A stretch of 64,000 nt of DNA from contig NZ_SMNA01000008.1 of the NCBI RefSeq assembly GCF_004353825.1, positions 1 through 64,000 of the forward strand, written 5' to 3'. The position numbers and the translations under genes were made by a program. The notes beneath the pieces were generated by a model. The model saw nothing but the letters and a program-made list of their open reading frames with translations. It was not told the origin of the DNA and did not search any database. The stretch is from Occultella glacieicola. GTDB taxonomy: Bacteria; Actinomycetota; Actinomycetes; Actinomycetales; Beutenbergiaceae. This document shows, in pieces, positions 32,418 to 42,401 of the stretch. The number at the start of each line of letters is the position of its first letter. Within the stretch, counting starts at the first letter, position 1.

Positions 32418-32990
32418 TCACCCGCGCGCCGGGGCTGGCCGCAACGCCTCGGCGTAGCGGTGCGCGTGCTCGGCGGCGTCGCCCGGGAGCAGGCCGGCCA
32501 GTTCCAGGCTGACCAGCCCGTGTGCCAGGCCCCACAGACGCAGCGCCATCTGGTCGGGACCCTCGCCGCCCGTGGCCCCGGCCGGTAGCCGGGCGACGGC
32601 GTCACGCAGCACCCCGAACGTCGGCTCGGCCAACGTGTCCTTGAGCCGGGGAACGACCTCGGCGGCGAACATCACCCGGTAGAAGTGCGGGTCGGCCAAC
32701 GCGCTCTCACGGTAGGCCAGCCCGAGCGCGAACAGGTCCGACCCGGGATCGTCGGTGCGTGGCACCGCCGCCAGGTGCCGACCGAACCGTTCGAAGCCCT
32801 CGTCCACCACCGCCGCGATCAGCCCGTCGCGGCTGCCGAACAGGGTGTAGACGGCGGCCGTGGTGGTGCCGGCCGCGGCGGTCACCGTGCGCAGGGACAT
32901 GCTGGCCGCGCCGTGCTCGGAGAGCGCCCGCGAGGCGTGCTCGAGCAGGCGGGTGCGCAGGACGTCGTCGTGGATGCGGGGCCGGGCCAT
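32418..32990 (-). CDS. TetR-family regulator (WHG-type C-terminus)
   Basis: HTH SLRTVTAAAGTTTAAVYTLFGS; LWGLAHGLVSLE. Confidence 0.9.
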   Translation of the reverse strand: MARPRIHDDVLRTRLLEHASRALSEHGAASMSLRTVTAAAGTTTAAVYTLFGSRDGLIAAVVDEGFERFGRHLAAVPRTDDPGSDLFALGLAYRESALADPHFYRVMFAAEVVPRLKDTLAEPTFGVLRDAVARLPAGATGGEGPDQMALRLWGLAHGLVSLELAGLLPGDAAEHAHRYAEALRPAPARG

Positions 32991-33006
32991 CGCTCGATCA
33001 TATGCC

Positions 33007-33046
33007 TTGACAGAGGTTTTCTCACAGCGTTAGATAACACTGTTAG
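33007..33046. promoter_or_regulatory. Divergent promoter with TetR operator
   Basis: TTGACA at 33007; palindrome taaca-c-tgtta (33035-33045) plus degenerate copy tcacagcgtta. Confidence 0.6.
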
Positions 33047-33065
33047 CAAACTTCGTGCAGATCGG

Positions 33066-33485
33066 ATGATCACCATGATCGAGCTGTCCCAGGCCGCCAC
33101 CTCGACGGCCGGTGTGGCGATCCTCGCCGCCGTCACCGTCACCAGCGGTGGTTACTTCCTGGTCAAGGTCGTCAGCGGCACGGTGCCGGCCACGCCCTTC
33201 CAGACCGCGTTCTTCCGCGCCGGGCACGCCCACGCCGGCGTGTTGATCGTCTTCGGTCTTGTCTGCCTCCTGCTGACCGAGGCGACGGCGTTGGCCGGCT
33301 TCTGGCGATGGCTCGCCGGCACCGGGGTACTGGTGGCCGCGATCGCCATGCCCGCCGGCTTCTTCTTCTCCGCCATGGGGAAGGGGCGGGAGCGGCCGAG
33401 CCGCTGGATCGCCATCCTCTACCTCGGCGCGGCGTCCCTGATCGCCGGCCTGGTCACGCTCGGGATCGGCCTCCTCCTGACGTGA
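33066..33485 (+). CDS. Four-TM membrane protein, probable TetR target
   Basis: Hydrophobic helices with FFRAGHAHAGVL motif. Confidence 0.8.
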   Translation: MITMIELSQAATSTAGVAILAAVTVTSGGYFLVKVVSGTVPATPFQTAFFRAGHAHAGVLIVFGLVCLLLTEATALAGFWRWLAGTGVLVAAIAMPAGFFFSAMGKGRERPSRWIAILYLGAASLIAGLVTLGIGLLLT

Positions 33486-33532
33486 GCCGCGTGGCGCCGG
33501 ACCCGGTCTCCGGCGCCCGGCCGCCGGGTCCC

Positions 33533-35833
33533 TCAGCGGTACACGCGGAACCAGTCGAACCGCGCGGTGATGGACGGCTGATCGGCCCGTTCGGCCAGAT
33601 CCTGCGCCACGAGCCCGACCTGGGGCTGCGGGCCCGCCGGAAGCGTGCGCGTGCCATGCCAGACCCAGTGGTCGCCGTCCATGCTGATCGCCGCGCGATA
33701 GAGATGCTCGCCGTTCTCGGCGACGGTGTGCCGCAGGCGCAGCCACATCGTGTCGCGGCTCGGGCCCAGAGCGGCATGACCGTACGCGACCGGCCCGCCC
33801 CTGCTGGTCTCCGTCGCGAACGCGACGAACCGGCGTGACTCCCGGGTCGTGTAGGCCAGCTCGACCCACTCGTCGTCGCCGGCGTAGGCGATCAGCCCGG
33901 CCTGGGGCCAGCCGTACGGGATGGAGTTCCCGAACGGGATGGTCACCCTGGTCTCCGCCGTCCAGGTGCCCTCCGGCAGGTCCCGCAGCAACAGTGACGG
34001 CAAGGTGTCCGCCTGGGGGCGCCGGTCGATCAGGGTCGATCGCTGGACGTCGAACCGGAACTGCCCGTCGCCGACGTTCGCCGCGGGGTCGCGCAGCCAG
34101 GTCCAGTCCGCGCCGGGGCCGTCGGTGAACTCGTCCGAGTGGGCCGGGTCGAGTGCCCCGACCACTGGGTCGGCCGCTTGTTCGGTGACCGGGGTGTACA
34201 GCCGTGCGACCGTGACGTCGTCGAAGTCGGCGTCGCTCCCGTCGGCGTGCAACGTGACCGGCCCCGAGCGTGCGGCGTCCGGCAGCACGACCGAGATCTC
34301 GGCGACCGGGTCGTACTGGCCGGACTCCGAGACGGACGCCCGCAGGTGGCGGCCGGACACGGTCACCTCGATCTCGTGCCAGGTCTCGTAGTCGAAGTTC
34401 GCCGGGAGTGCCGCGGCGGCCACGACGCCGGGGCCGCGCCGGTGCAGGCCGGAGAACACCAGCTGTGACGAGGCGCGGTCGATGGACACGCTCAGGCGAT
34501 GACGGCCGTGCGCCGGGAGGGAGATGCCGGCCTGCCCGCCGTCCCCGGCGGCCAGGCGCACCAGACCGCGGGCCCGAAGGTCGCCCTCGACCGAGACGGT
34601 CGAGACGAGCGGCGCGGCGGCGTCCGTATGGGCATACCCGCCGGTCGCTCCCCAACGGTGCTGCCACCCATCCGCGGCCTCCCAGCCGGCGAGGTCGACC
34701 TCGAAGGCGTCACTGACGTACGCGTCGTTGTTCGGTCCCGCCACCGGTCCCGACGGCATCCCCGCCCCGGCATTGCCGACCGGCCAACCGTCGATCCAGT
34801 CCAGTCTCGTGAGGGCGAGGCCGCGCGCGTTCTCGGTGCCCGCGACATACGGATCGAACCGGTCCGTCGCATGGCTGACGATCCAGTCCTGGCCGGACAG
34901 GTCGGTGGCGATCGCGTTGTGGCCGGTGCTGACGAACTCGTTGCCGTTCGGCGCCAGCACCGGCGTGCCGCCCCCTTGTGGTCCGTCCACGGTGTGCCCG
35001 TCCCGGTCGAGGAAGGGGCCGGTCGGCTCCACCGAGCGGCCCACCATGATTGGGTATCCGGAGGCGGCGCCGGCGCAGCATCCGCCGATCACCGACAGGA
35101 ACAGGTAGTAGTAGCCGTCCCGATGGACGACGTAGGGCGCCTCGTAGCGGTGGGCGTCGGTCAGTTGCACCGGTTCGCCGTCGGCGCGCAGGCCGTCCGC
35201 CGACAGCCGGACGACCCGCACGCCGCCCTGCACCGATCCGTAGTACAGGTAGCGCGTGCCGTCGGGCGTCGTCACCAACTCCGGGTCGATGTTGTTGCGG
35301 ATCTCGGTGACTCCCGGGCGCACCTCCCAGGTCTCGTTGCCGACGACCACCTCACCGGTGTCCGTCCACGGCCCCGCGGGGTGCTCGGCGGTCGCCGCCG
35401 CCACCGTCCGCCACGGGGTGCCGGGCGCCTGGACGACGTAGGAGTAGTAGAGGACGTAGCGCCCGTCCAGATAGGCGATCTCCGGTGCCCAGAACTGGCG
35501 GTTGGCATCGGCAGGTTTGCCGTCGTAGGTCGGGATCGTCTCGGGGGTGAACACCGGGCCCACCCACTCCCAGTTCACCAGGTCGGCGGACCGGCTGATC
35601 ATCATGTTCTGCTTCTGGTCGCCCTCGTAGCGGCGACCGTTGGTCGCGTACGCGTACCAGTAGCCATCGTGTCCGCGGATGATCGTGGGGTCGGCGAAGT
35701 TCCGGGTGAAGCTCGCGGACACCGGGTTCGTGTACGTGGCCATGGTCTCCTGACCTGGTGTGTGGTCGTGACCGGGTGACGGCGTGCCGGCCAGCGTGGT
35801 GAGAGCGATGGCGATACTGAGCAGTCGGCGCAT
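33533..35833 (-). CDS. GH43-family glycoside hydrolase with C-terminal beta-sandwich domains
   Basis: ADPTII, WAPE, IDP, YEAP and TGHN motifs; short signal-peptide-like N-terminus. Confidence 0.9.
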   Translation of the reverse strand: MRRLLSIAIALTTLAGTPSPGHDHTPGQETMATYTNPVSASFTRNFADPTIIRGHDGYWYAYATNGRRYEGDQKQNMMISRSADLVNWEWVGPVFTPETIPTYDGKPADANRQFWAPEIAYLDGRYVLYYSYVVQAPGTPWRTVAAATAEHPAGPWTDTGEVVVGNETWEVRPGVTEIRNNIDPELVTTPDGTRYLYYGSVQGGVRVVRLSADGLRADGEPVQLTDAHRYEAPYVVHRDGYYYLFLSVIGGCCAGAASGYPIMVGRSVEPTGPFLDRDGHTVDGPQGGGTPVLAPNGNEFVSTGHNAIATDLSGQDWIVSHATDRFDPYVAGTENARGLALTRLDWIDGWPVGNAGAGMPSGPVAGPNNDAYVSDAFEVDLAGWEAADGWQHRWGATGGYAHTDAAAPLVSTVSVEGDLRARGLVRLAAGDGGQAGISLPAHGRHRLSVSIDRASSQLVFSGLHRRGPGVVAAAALPANFDYETWHEIEVTVSGRHLRASVSESGQYDPVAEISVVLPDAARSGPVTLHADGSDADFDDVTVARLYTPVTEQAADPVVGALDPAHSDEFTDGPGADWTWLRDPAANVGDGQFRFDVQRSTLIDRRPQADTLPSLLLRDLPEGTWTAETRVTIPFGNSIPYGWPQAGLIAYAGDDEWVELAYTTRESRRFVAFATETSRGGPVAYGHAALGPSRDTMWLRLRHTVAENGEHLYRAAISMDGDHWVWHGTRTLPAGPQPQVGLVAQDLAERADQPSITARFDWFRVYR

Positions 35834-35875
35834 GACGGATCCCGATCGTTGAGGTTGTCGTGAAGGTCCGAGGGC

Positions 35876-37306
35876 TCACCAGGGGGCCAGCCGGGGATTG
35901 CTCCGGTCCTCGGTCGCGACCAGGACGTCGATGAGCTTGCCCTGCAGCGCGCTGCGGGTCGCTCGTGACGTCGGGTCGTCCCACAGGTTCGTGAGCTCGT
36001 CCGGGTCGGCCTCGAGGTCGTAGAGCTCACCCGAGGATGCGCGGGCGGTCGCCGGCGGGCCGTGGTGGACCACGAGTTTCCACCGGTCGTGGCGCAACAT
36101 GGTCACGTGCACCGGCGGGTCGTAGGGGTGCCCACTGTCGCGGTACTGGCACATCGCCCAGTCGCGCCAGTCCGGGTCACCGCCCCGGATCAGTCGTTCG
36201 AGACCGGCACCCTGGCTCGTCGGCGGGATCGGCAGGCCGGCGGCCTGCACGAACGTCGGTGCGAGATCGACCCACTGCACGAGCTCACTGCGGCGCTCAC
36301 CCGGCGCCGCGACGCCGGGCCACCGGATGATGAGCGGGACGCGCACCGCGCACTCATACATGAACGGTCCCTTGAGCATGAGCTGGTGATCGCCGAGCAT
36401 CTCACCGTGGTCGCTGGTGAAGACGACGATGGTGTTGTCGGCAAGGCCCTCGTCCTCGAGGGCGCCGAGGATGCGGCCGACCTCGTCGTCGACGAGGGAG
36501 ACCATGGCGTAGTAGGCCTTGCGTACGTCCCGCAACGCTTCGTCGGTGTAGGAGGTGTAGCCGGGTGCGTGCCCGCCATAGGACTCCTTCGAGGCCTCGG
36601 CCTGGATCGGCGGCTTGCTGTCGAGCTCACCGTCGCGCGTGACGATCGGTGGCAGCTCGACATCGTCGTAGCGGCGCAGGTACTCCTCGGGCGCGCCGAA
36701 CCCGTGATGCGGGTCGAAGAAGTTCGCGACGAAGAAGAACGGCTTGTCGCGCAGCCGCGACGAGCGCAGGAAGTCGATCGTCTCCTCGCCGATCCAGTGG
36801 CTGTAGTGGGCCTCGGTCGGCATGCTGTCGAACAGCCCGCGCTCGTGCAGGGCAGTCGTGTACAGGTCCGGGTGGTGGTCCTGCAACCACAGGTGGTAGG
36901 CGTTGTCGGGCGACCCGGGGTACGGGTCGTGCGCCCAGCGGAACACCCGGAAGCCGTCGTCGAGTCGCGGCTCGTCGCGCCCATCGGAGCAGGCGCCGAG
37001 GTGTAGCTTGCCGACCAGCCCGCAGTCGTAGCCCGCGTCGGCGAGGCGCCGGGAGAACAGCTCCTCGTGGCCGGCCAGGTCCACGCCGTTCGCATGGAGG
37101 CCGTGCGCGGAGACGTACCGTCCCGTCATCAGGCTTGCGCGCGAGGGTGCGCAGACGGGGTTCTGGACGTAGCAGTTCTCGAAGAGCACGCCCTGCCCGG
37201 CGAGGCGGTCGAGGTTGGGCGTCGACACGGCCGGATTGCCGTACGCGCCGACCATGTCGAACCGCTGCTGGTCGGTGCTGATGAGCAGGATGTTCGGGCG
37301 CGGCAT
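35876..37306 (-). CDS. Cys-type (S1) sulfatase
   Basis: DQQR, CAPSRASLMTG, GKLH and SDHG motifs. Confidence 0.95.
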   Translation of the reverse strand: MPRPNILLISTDQQRFDMVGAYGNPAVSTPNLDRLAGQGVLFENCYVQNPVCAPSRASLMTGRYVSAHGLHANGVDLAGHEELFSRRLADAGYDCGLVGKLHLGACSDGRDEPRLDDGFRVFRWAHDPYPGSPDNAYHLWLQDHHPDLYTTALHERGLFDSMPTEAHYSHWIGEETIDFLRSSRLRDKPFFFVANFFDPHHGFGAPEEYLRRYDDVELPPIVTRDGELDSKPPIQAEASKESYGGHAPGYTSYTDEALRDVRKAYYAMVSLVDDEVGRILGALEDEGLADNTIVVFTSDHGEMLGDHQLMLKGPFMYECAVRVPLIIRWPGVAAPGERRSELVQWVDLAPTFVQAAGLPIPPTSQGAGLERLIRGGDPDWRDWAMCQYRDSGHPYDPPVHVTMLRHDRWKLVVHHGPPATARASSGELYDLEADPDELTNLWDDPTSRATRSALQGKLIDVLVATEDRSNPRLAPW

Positions 37307-37307
37307 G

Positions 37308-38990
37308 TCAGTGCCCCCGGAGGTCGAACGTGAGCACGCTCACGGAGTGCGGCGCGATCGTCCAGCCGCCGTCCCGCGTCTCGACGGTGCCCAGGTCCCG
37401 GACGCCGATGACGTCCGGCTCCGCGAGGCTGTTCGCCGCCGTGACCGCGGCGTCCGCGCCGACGGCGAGCAGCCTCGCCGAACGGGGTGTGCCATCGGCC
37501 CGGCCGTCGAACACCGGGTGCAGCCGGATGGACTCGTCGCGGTGGCGGTTGATCACGGCGAGGCGCACGGTGCCGTCGTCGGCGCGGGTTGCCGAGACGT
37601 CGATGTACGGCACGGTCATGGTCGCGGACCTGAGCCGGCCGGACGGCTCCCGGTTGTCGCCCAGTGGCACCGACGCGGTGCGCGACGGACCGTCGACCTC
37701 AGCGGGCAGAACGGTGCGGCCGAGATGGCGACCGTACAGCTGCCACACGTGGTAGAGCGCCGAACCGAATGCGCCACCCGGGCGGGCGACGACGAGTCCA
37801 TTGGCATTGACGAGGTTCACCGGGTTCGCCATCGTGACCGGCGTGGCGTGGCCCACCGTGCGGTGGATGGCGTGGAGGACCCCCGCGCTGAACAGGGCAT
37901 CTCCCATGGTGCGTGGGCTCCACCGGTTCACGCGGAGCCCGGAGGGCCAGCCGTCGACGTCGCCGATGTCACGGGCCGCGATCCCACCGTCGTCACCCGC
38001 GAGTGGGGCGGGCCAGTCGGTGGGCTCGAGGTGGCGCATGGTCCACTCGTCGAGGGCGAGCTGTGGCGGGCTGGCCAGACCGCTCTGATGGGCGAGCGTG
38101 GTCACCAGGTGCGAGTAGGTGTTGATCTCCTGCTCGAAGTACAGCGACTGCGCCACGGTGTTCTCGTAGTCGTCCCCCGTCCACAGGTGCGTGGTCGCGC
38201 CGTAGAGGTGCAGCGAGAGCTGGTCGAGGTACTGCCCGGCCTGCTCGAGGAGCGGGCGGGTCCAGGACTCCTGGTCCCAGGGGATCCCGACCCCGACGAG
38301 CCTGAGATCGGGGTCGACGAGCCGCATGAACCGGGCATGCTCGCGAGCGGCGGCGGCGTACTCCTCTGCGGTCCGATGCCCCATCTGCCACGGTCCGTAG
38401 ACCTCGTTGCCGACGCCCCAGTACCGGACCTTCCACGGCTCGTTCCGCCCGTTCCTCCGGCGCATCCGGCTGAGGGCGGTGTCCCTGGTGGCGTTGGTGT
38501 ACTCGACCCATCGCACCGCCTCGTCGACGTCCCGGCAGGAGTGGACCAGGTACGGTTCCGCGCCGACCTCCTCGGTCCAGGCGAGGAACTCGTCGGTACC
38601 GAAGCGGTTGGTCTCGACGTCGCCCCAGGCGAGATCGAGGCGCGTCGGGCGGTCGTCCCGCGGGCCGATCCCGTCCTCCCAACGGTAACCGGACGTGAAG
38701 TTGCCTCCCGGCCAGCGGATCGGGCCGGGAGCGAGGTCTCGGACCAGGTCCGCGACGTCACGGCGGACCCCGTTGAGCAGCCCAGGCTCGCTCACCGACA
38801 GGGGCGAGCCCTCGTCGAACACACCCCCCTCGATGTTGCCGAAGAACGCGGACTCGAGGAAGTGGCCGTAGACATCGTCGCTGATCCTCCCGAGCGGTCG
38901 TGAGGTGTCGACCGTGACTCGGGCGTCGCGGCCGGCCGGGTCGTGGGCATGGGACATTCCAGAGGGCTCCGTTCCTTGGGTGGCTGTCAC
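37308..38990 (-). CDS. GH51 alpha-L-arabinofuranosidase-like enzyme
   Basis: YGHFLE, RWPGGNF, FGTDEF, WGVGNE (acid/base) and LDEW (nucleophile). Confidence 0.92.
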   Translation of the reverse strand: MTATQGTEPSGMSHAHDPAGRDARVTVDTSRPLGRISDDVYGHFLESAFFGNIEGGVFDEGSPLSVSEPGLLNGVRRDVADLVRDLAPGPIRWPGGNFTSGYRWEDGIGPRDDRPTRLDLAWGDVETNRFGTDEFLAWTEEVGAEPYLVHSCRDVDEAVRWVEYTNATRDTALSRMRRRNGRNEPWKVRYWGVGNEVYGPWQMGHRTAEEYAAAAREHARFMRLVDPDLRLVGVGIPWDQESWTRPLLEQAGQYLDQLSLHLYGATTHLWTGDDYENTVAQSLYFEQEINTYSHLVTTLAHQSGLASPPQLALDEWTMRHLEPTDWPAPLAGDDGGIAARDIGDVDGWPSGLRVNRWSPRTMGDALFSAGVLHAIHRTVGHATPVTMANPVNLVNANGLVVARPGGAFGSALYHVWQLYGRHLGRTVLPAEVDGPSRTASVPLGDNREPSGRLRSATMTVPYIDVSATRADDGTVRLAVINRHRDESIRLHPVFDGRADGTPRSARLLAVGADAAVTAANSLAEPDVIGVRDLGTVETRDGGWTIAPHSVSVLTFDLRGH

Positions 38991-39889
38991 TGCTTCACTG
39001 CTCCGGCGACGCTGTCGACGAACTTGCGCTGCAACACGACGAACACACCGATCACCGGGACCAGCGAGATGACGGCGGCGGCCGCCATCCCTGGCCAGTC
39101 CTGGCCGTACTCGCCGACGAACACCGTCATGCCGATGGCCAGGGTGCGCAGGTCCGGCTCACTGAGGGTGAACACGAGCGGTAGCAGGTAGGTGTTCCAT
39201 GCGAACAGGAAGGTCAGGATCACGACGGTCGCCGTGATCGGCCAGGCCAGGGGCAGCATCACCTGGAAGAAGATCCGGAACTGACCGGCGCCGTCGAGCC
39301 GGGCGCTCTCCTCGAGTTCCTTGGGTAGCCCCCGGAAGTAGCCGGCGTACAGGAGCGTGGCGGCGATCTGACCGCCGGCGCCCAGGCCCAGGATCACGCC
39401 CGCATGGGTGTTGAGCAGGCCGAGCTGGTCGGTCAGTTGCGTGACCGGAATGATCGTGTAGCCCTCGGGGAGGAAGAACGTCACCAGGAAGACCCCGATG
39501 AGGATCTTCTTGCCGGCGAAGTCGAACCTGCCCAGCACGTATCCGGCGAGGGCGCTGCGGATGACCACCACGAGCACCGTTCCGGCCGTGATCAGCACCG
39601 TGTTCACGAAGTAGGAAGCGAATCCGGCCTCGACCCAGGCCCTCGTGTAGTTCTCCCACACGAACTCGTCAGGAACGAGATCGAAGCCGCTGCCGAAGAT
39701 CTCGGACGGATGCTTGAGGGAGGCCGAGACGAGCCAGAGGAACGGATAGGTCCACAGGAGCGCCGCCGCGGTCAGCGCGACGAGGGCGACGACCCGGCCC
39801 GGGCGCACGTTCCGTCCACGTCGCGGACCGCGGCGTCGGGTCGGCGCGCCCTCCGCCGATTCCGGTCGGATCGCGGTCGCGGCGCTCAT
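38987..39889 (-). CDS. Carbohydrate ABC permease
   Basis: ELEESARLDGAG; start overlaps the stop of the upstream permease. Confidence 0.93.
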   Translation of the reverse strand: MSAATAIRPESAEGAPTRRRGPRRGRNVRPGRVVALVALTAAALLWTYPFLWLVSASLKHPSEIFGSGFDLVPDEFVWENYTRAWVEAGFASYFVNTVLITAGTVLVVVIRSALAGYVLGRFDFAGKKILIGVFLVTFFLPEGYTIIPVTQLTDQLGLLNTHAGVILGLGAGGQIAATLLYAGYFRGLPKELEESARLDGAGQFRIFFQVMLPLAWPITATVVILTFLFAWNTYLLPLVFTLSEPDLRTLAIGMTVFVGEYGQDWPGMAAAAVISLVPVIGVFVVLQRKFVDSVAGAVKQ

Positions 39890-40860
39890 GAGGCGCCCTT
39901 CGTCTGTCGACGCGCCCACCGCACCCCGACGGCCTGGACGACCGCGAGGACCATGGTCAGGAGTCCGAAGAGCACCGCCGCCGCCGACGCGTAGCCGAGC
40001 TGGGGCACCGTGGCCGCGAAAGCCGTCCGGTAGATGAAGATCTCGATCACCTCGGAGGAGAAGGACGGGCCACCGCCCGTGAGCGTCTGCATCAGGTCGA
40101 AGACGTTGAGTGCACCGACGGTGTCGATGAGGGTGATGATCACCAGGAAGGGCACGAGCAACGGCAGGGTGACGTGCCACAACTCCTTCCGCGCGTTTGC
40201 TCCGTCGAGCATCGCGGCCTCGTGCACGTCGCGAGGAATGGTCTGCAGAGCCGCCAGCCAGTAGATCATCGTGATGCCGAGCCACTTCCAGACCCACACG
40301 GCGATACCCGCGTAGAGCGAGGTGCCGGCGCTGGCGACGAGATTCGTGGGGGAGTCCGTGATCCCCGCCCAGACCAGCGCCAGGCTGATGGGACCGTTGG
40401 CGTCCAGCAGCAGCGTGAAGACGATGCCGATGATCGCACCGGTGGTGACCACCGGCAGGAAGAACAGTGTCCGGAAGAAGCCGGAGAACGGTGTTCTCCT
40501 GCTGTTCAGCCACAACGCGAGCAGCAGCGCCAGGCCCACGCGTGCGGGCACGGCCACCACCAGGAACAGGAGCGACTTCCGGAAGGCGTTCCAGAACAGG
40601 TCATCGGCCAGCAGGCGCCGGAAGTTGTCGAGCCCGGTGAACGTGCCCGTCATGGCGAAACCTGGCCAGTCCAGGAACGCGTACCACCACGACGCCACCA
40701 GTGGGTACACCGTGTACGCCCCGTATCCCAGGAGGGTCGGGAGCAGGAAGAGGTAGATCCACCAGTCCCGGCGCAGGCGTCGCCGCAGACTGAGGCGGTG
40801 GGGCTCCTTCGCCGTCGTCGGGCTGATGGCAGGTGCGGGTGCGGACGTCGTGAGCGTCAT
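39886..40860 (-). CDS. Carbohydrate ABC permease
   Basis: GLDNF and HEAAMLDGA motifs. Confidence 0.93.
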   Translation of the reverse strand: MTLTTSAPAPAISPTTAKEPHRLSLRRRLRRDWWIYLFLLPTLLGYGAYTVYPLVASWWYAFLDWPGFAMTGTFTGLDNFRRLLADDLFWNAFRKSLLFLVVAVPARVGLALLLALWLNSRRTPFSGFFRTLFFLPVVTTGAIIGIVFTLLLDANGPISLALVWAGITDSPTNLVASAGTSLYAGIAVWVWKWLGITMIYWLAALQTIPRDVHEAAMLDGANARKELWHVTLPLLVPFLVIITLIDTVGALNVFDLMQTLTGGGPSFSSEVIEIFIYRTAFAATVPQLGYASAAAVLFGLLTMVLAVVQAVGVRWARRQTKGAS

Positions 40861-40864
40861 GGTG

Positions 40865-42379
40865 TCATCGCGCCGCGTAGGCCGCTTGGTCGTAGTCCTG
40901 ACTCGGCTCCCAGTTGGTGAACACCCAATCCTCGATGCTCACCTCGGCACCCTCGCCCGCGACGGCCGCGATGGCCCGGTCACGCTCGGCGCTCATCGCG
41001 TCGTTGAGCCGGGTCAGCTCGCCCCTGATGTCGCTGCTGCTGCCGGTGAGGATCGCCTGTGCGACCTCGCCGAGGTTCGGATGGATGTCCTGGGACTCGG
41101 CGGCCACACGCCAGGTCGACGGGTTGCCGGTCTCGGGCACCGGGCTGATCCGCACGTCGTCGGCCAGGTAGCCGATGTTCCGAGCGTAGGCCGGGTGCAC
41201 GTCGGCCTCGGCGACCACGTCGATGAGCGCGGGCGGTTGGTCCATCGCGCTCGCCAGTTGTGCCTGGAACTCCCGAGAACTCATCTGCAGCAGCAGTTCC
41301 GCAGCGATCTGGGGCTGCTGCGACTCGTTGCTGACCCAGAACACGCCGCCTCCGGGACCACGGTGGACGACGTTGCGGGTCGTCTCCGGGCATGGCAGAC
41401 GCCAGGCGTCGATGCCTCGCTCGACGGCCTCGGGCTCGTCCACCATGAGCCCGCCGATGATCCACGGTCCCCACGGGTAGATGGCCGCTTCGCCGGCCGC
41501 CCAGCGTGCGCGGGCATCTCGGGCACCCATCGACGCCCCCGACGGGTGGACCACGCCGTCCTGCTGGAGGGAGAGCAGGAACTCCAGCGCGTCCACGAAC
41601 GGCTGGGAGTTGAACACGTACGCACCGGTCGTCCAGTCGATGGTGCCGGGCGCGCCGGCACTCTGCGCCAGCCAGTTGACCAGCGCCGTGAGGTACGGGA
41701 CCTCCTTGGTCGGGATCAGGAGCCCGGGAACGCCCGCCCTGTCGGTGATCTGTCGTGCGGTGGCGCGCAGGTCGTCCCAGGTGGCCGGGCTCTGTGCGGG
41801 GTCGATGTCAGCCTGGCTGAGCAGTTCGGTGTTGACCCACGGCGTCGCGTCGTGGAAACGACCGGAGAACAGCGGAACGGAGTAGATCTCCCCGTCGAAC
41901 CGGTGCAGCCCGTCGAACAACTGGTCGACGATCTCGGTGCCGTCGAAGTCGGCATGTCCGCCGATCGGCTGGAACCAGTCCTCGCTGACCAGCGCGGCAG
42001 GTGTCGCATCCAGGCCCGCCAGGGAATGAACGTCCGGCATCTGGTTGCTGCGCCGCGCCACCTGGATCGCCTGCCCCAGATCGGGACCCTCCATCTGCCG
42101 TCGCTCGATCGTGACGCCCGAGTTGGCCGCCATGTACGGCTCGAACAGGCTCGCCTCGAGCATGCTCGTCAGGGGGCGGAACTGGTCCCACCACTGCAGG
42201 ACGCCGTCGTCGGCGCTCGGCCCGTCGGAGGACTGTCCGCCACCCGTGCAGGCGGCGAGCATCGCCCCCAGGCCGCCGGCGCCGACGGTTCCGAGGAATC
42301 CCCGGCGGTTCATGGCGAACGCCGCGCCCGGCAAGTTCCCCCTCCGGGACCCGACACCGTTGTCAGTCGTGCTGTTCAT
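40865..42379 (-). CDS. Carbohydrate ABC substrate-binding Tat lipoprotein
   Basis: RRGFL Tat motif; LAAC lipobox; CAGGA before ATG 42379. Confidence 0.9.
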   Translation of the reverse strand: MNSTTDNGVGSRRGNLPGAAFAMNRRGFLGTVGAGGLGAMLAACTGGGQSSDGPSADDGVLQWWDQFRPLTSMLEASLFEPYMAANSGVTIERRQMEGPDLGQAIQVARRSNQMPDVHSLAGLDATPAALVSEDWFQPIGGHADFDGTEIVDQLFDGLHRFDGEIYSVPLFSGRFHDATPWVNTELLSQADIDPAQSPATWDDLRATARQITDRAGVPGLLIPTKEVPYLTALVNWLAQSAGAPGTIDWTTGAYVFNSQPFVDALEFLLSLQQDGVVHPSGASMGARDARARWAAGEAAIYPWGPWIIGGLMVDEPEAVERGIDAWRLPCPETTRNVVHRGPGGGVFWVSNESQQPQIAAELLLQMSSREFQAQLASAMDQPPALIDVVAEADVHPAYARNIGYLADDVRISPVPETGNPSTWRVAAESQDIHPNLGEVAQAILTGSSSDIRGELTRLNDAMSAERDRAIAAVAGEGAEVSIEDWVFTNWEPSQDYDQAAYAAR

Positions 42380-42401
42380 TCCTGTCTCCTGTCTGAGCGG
42401 A

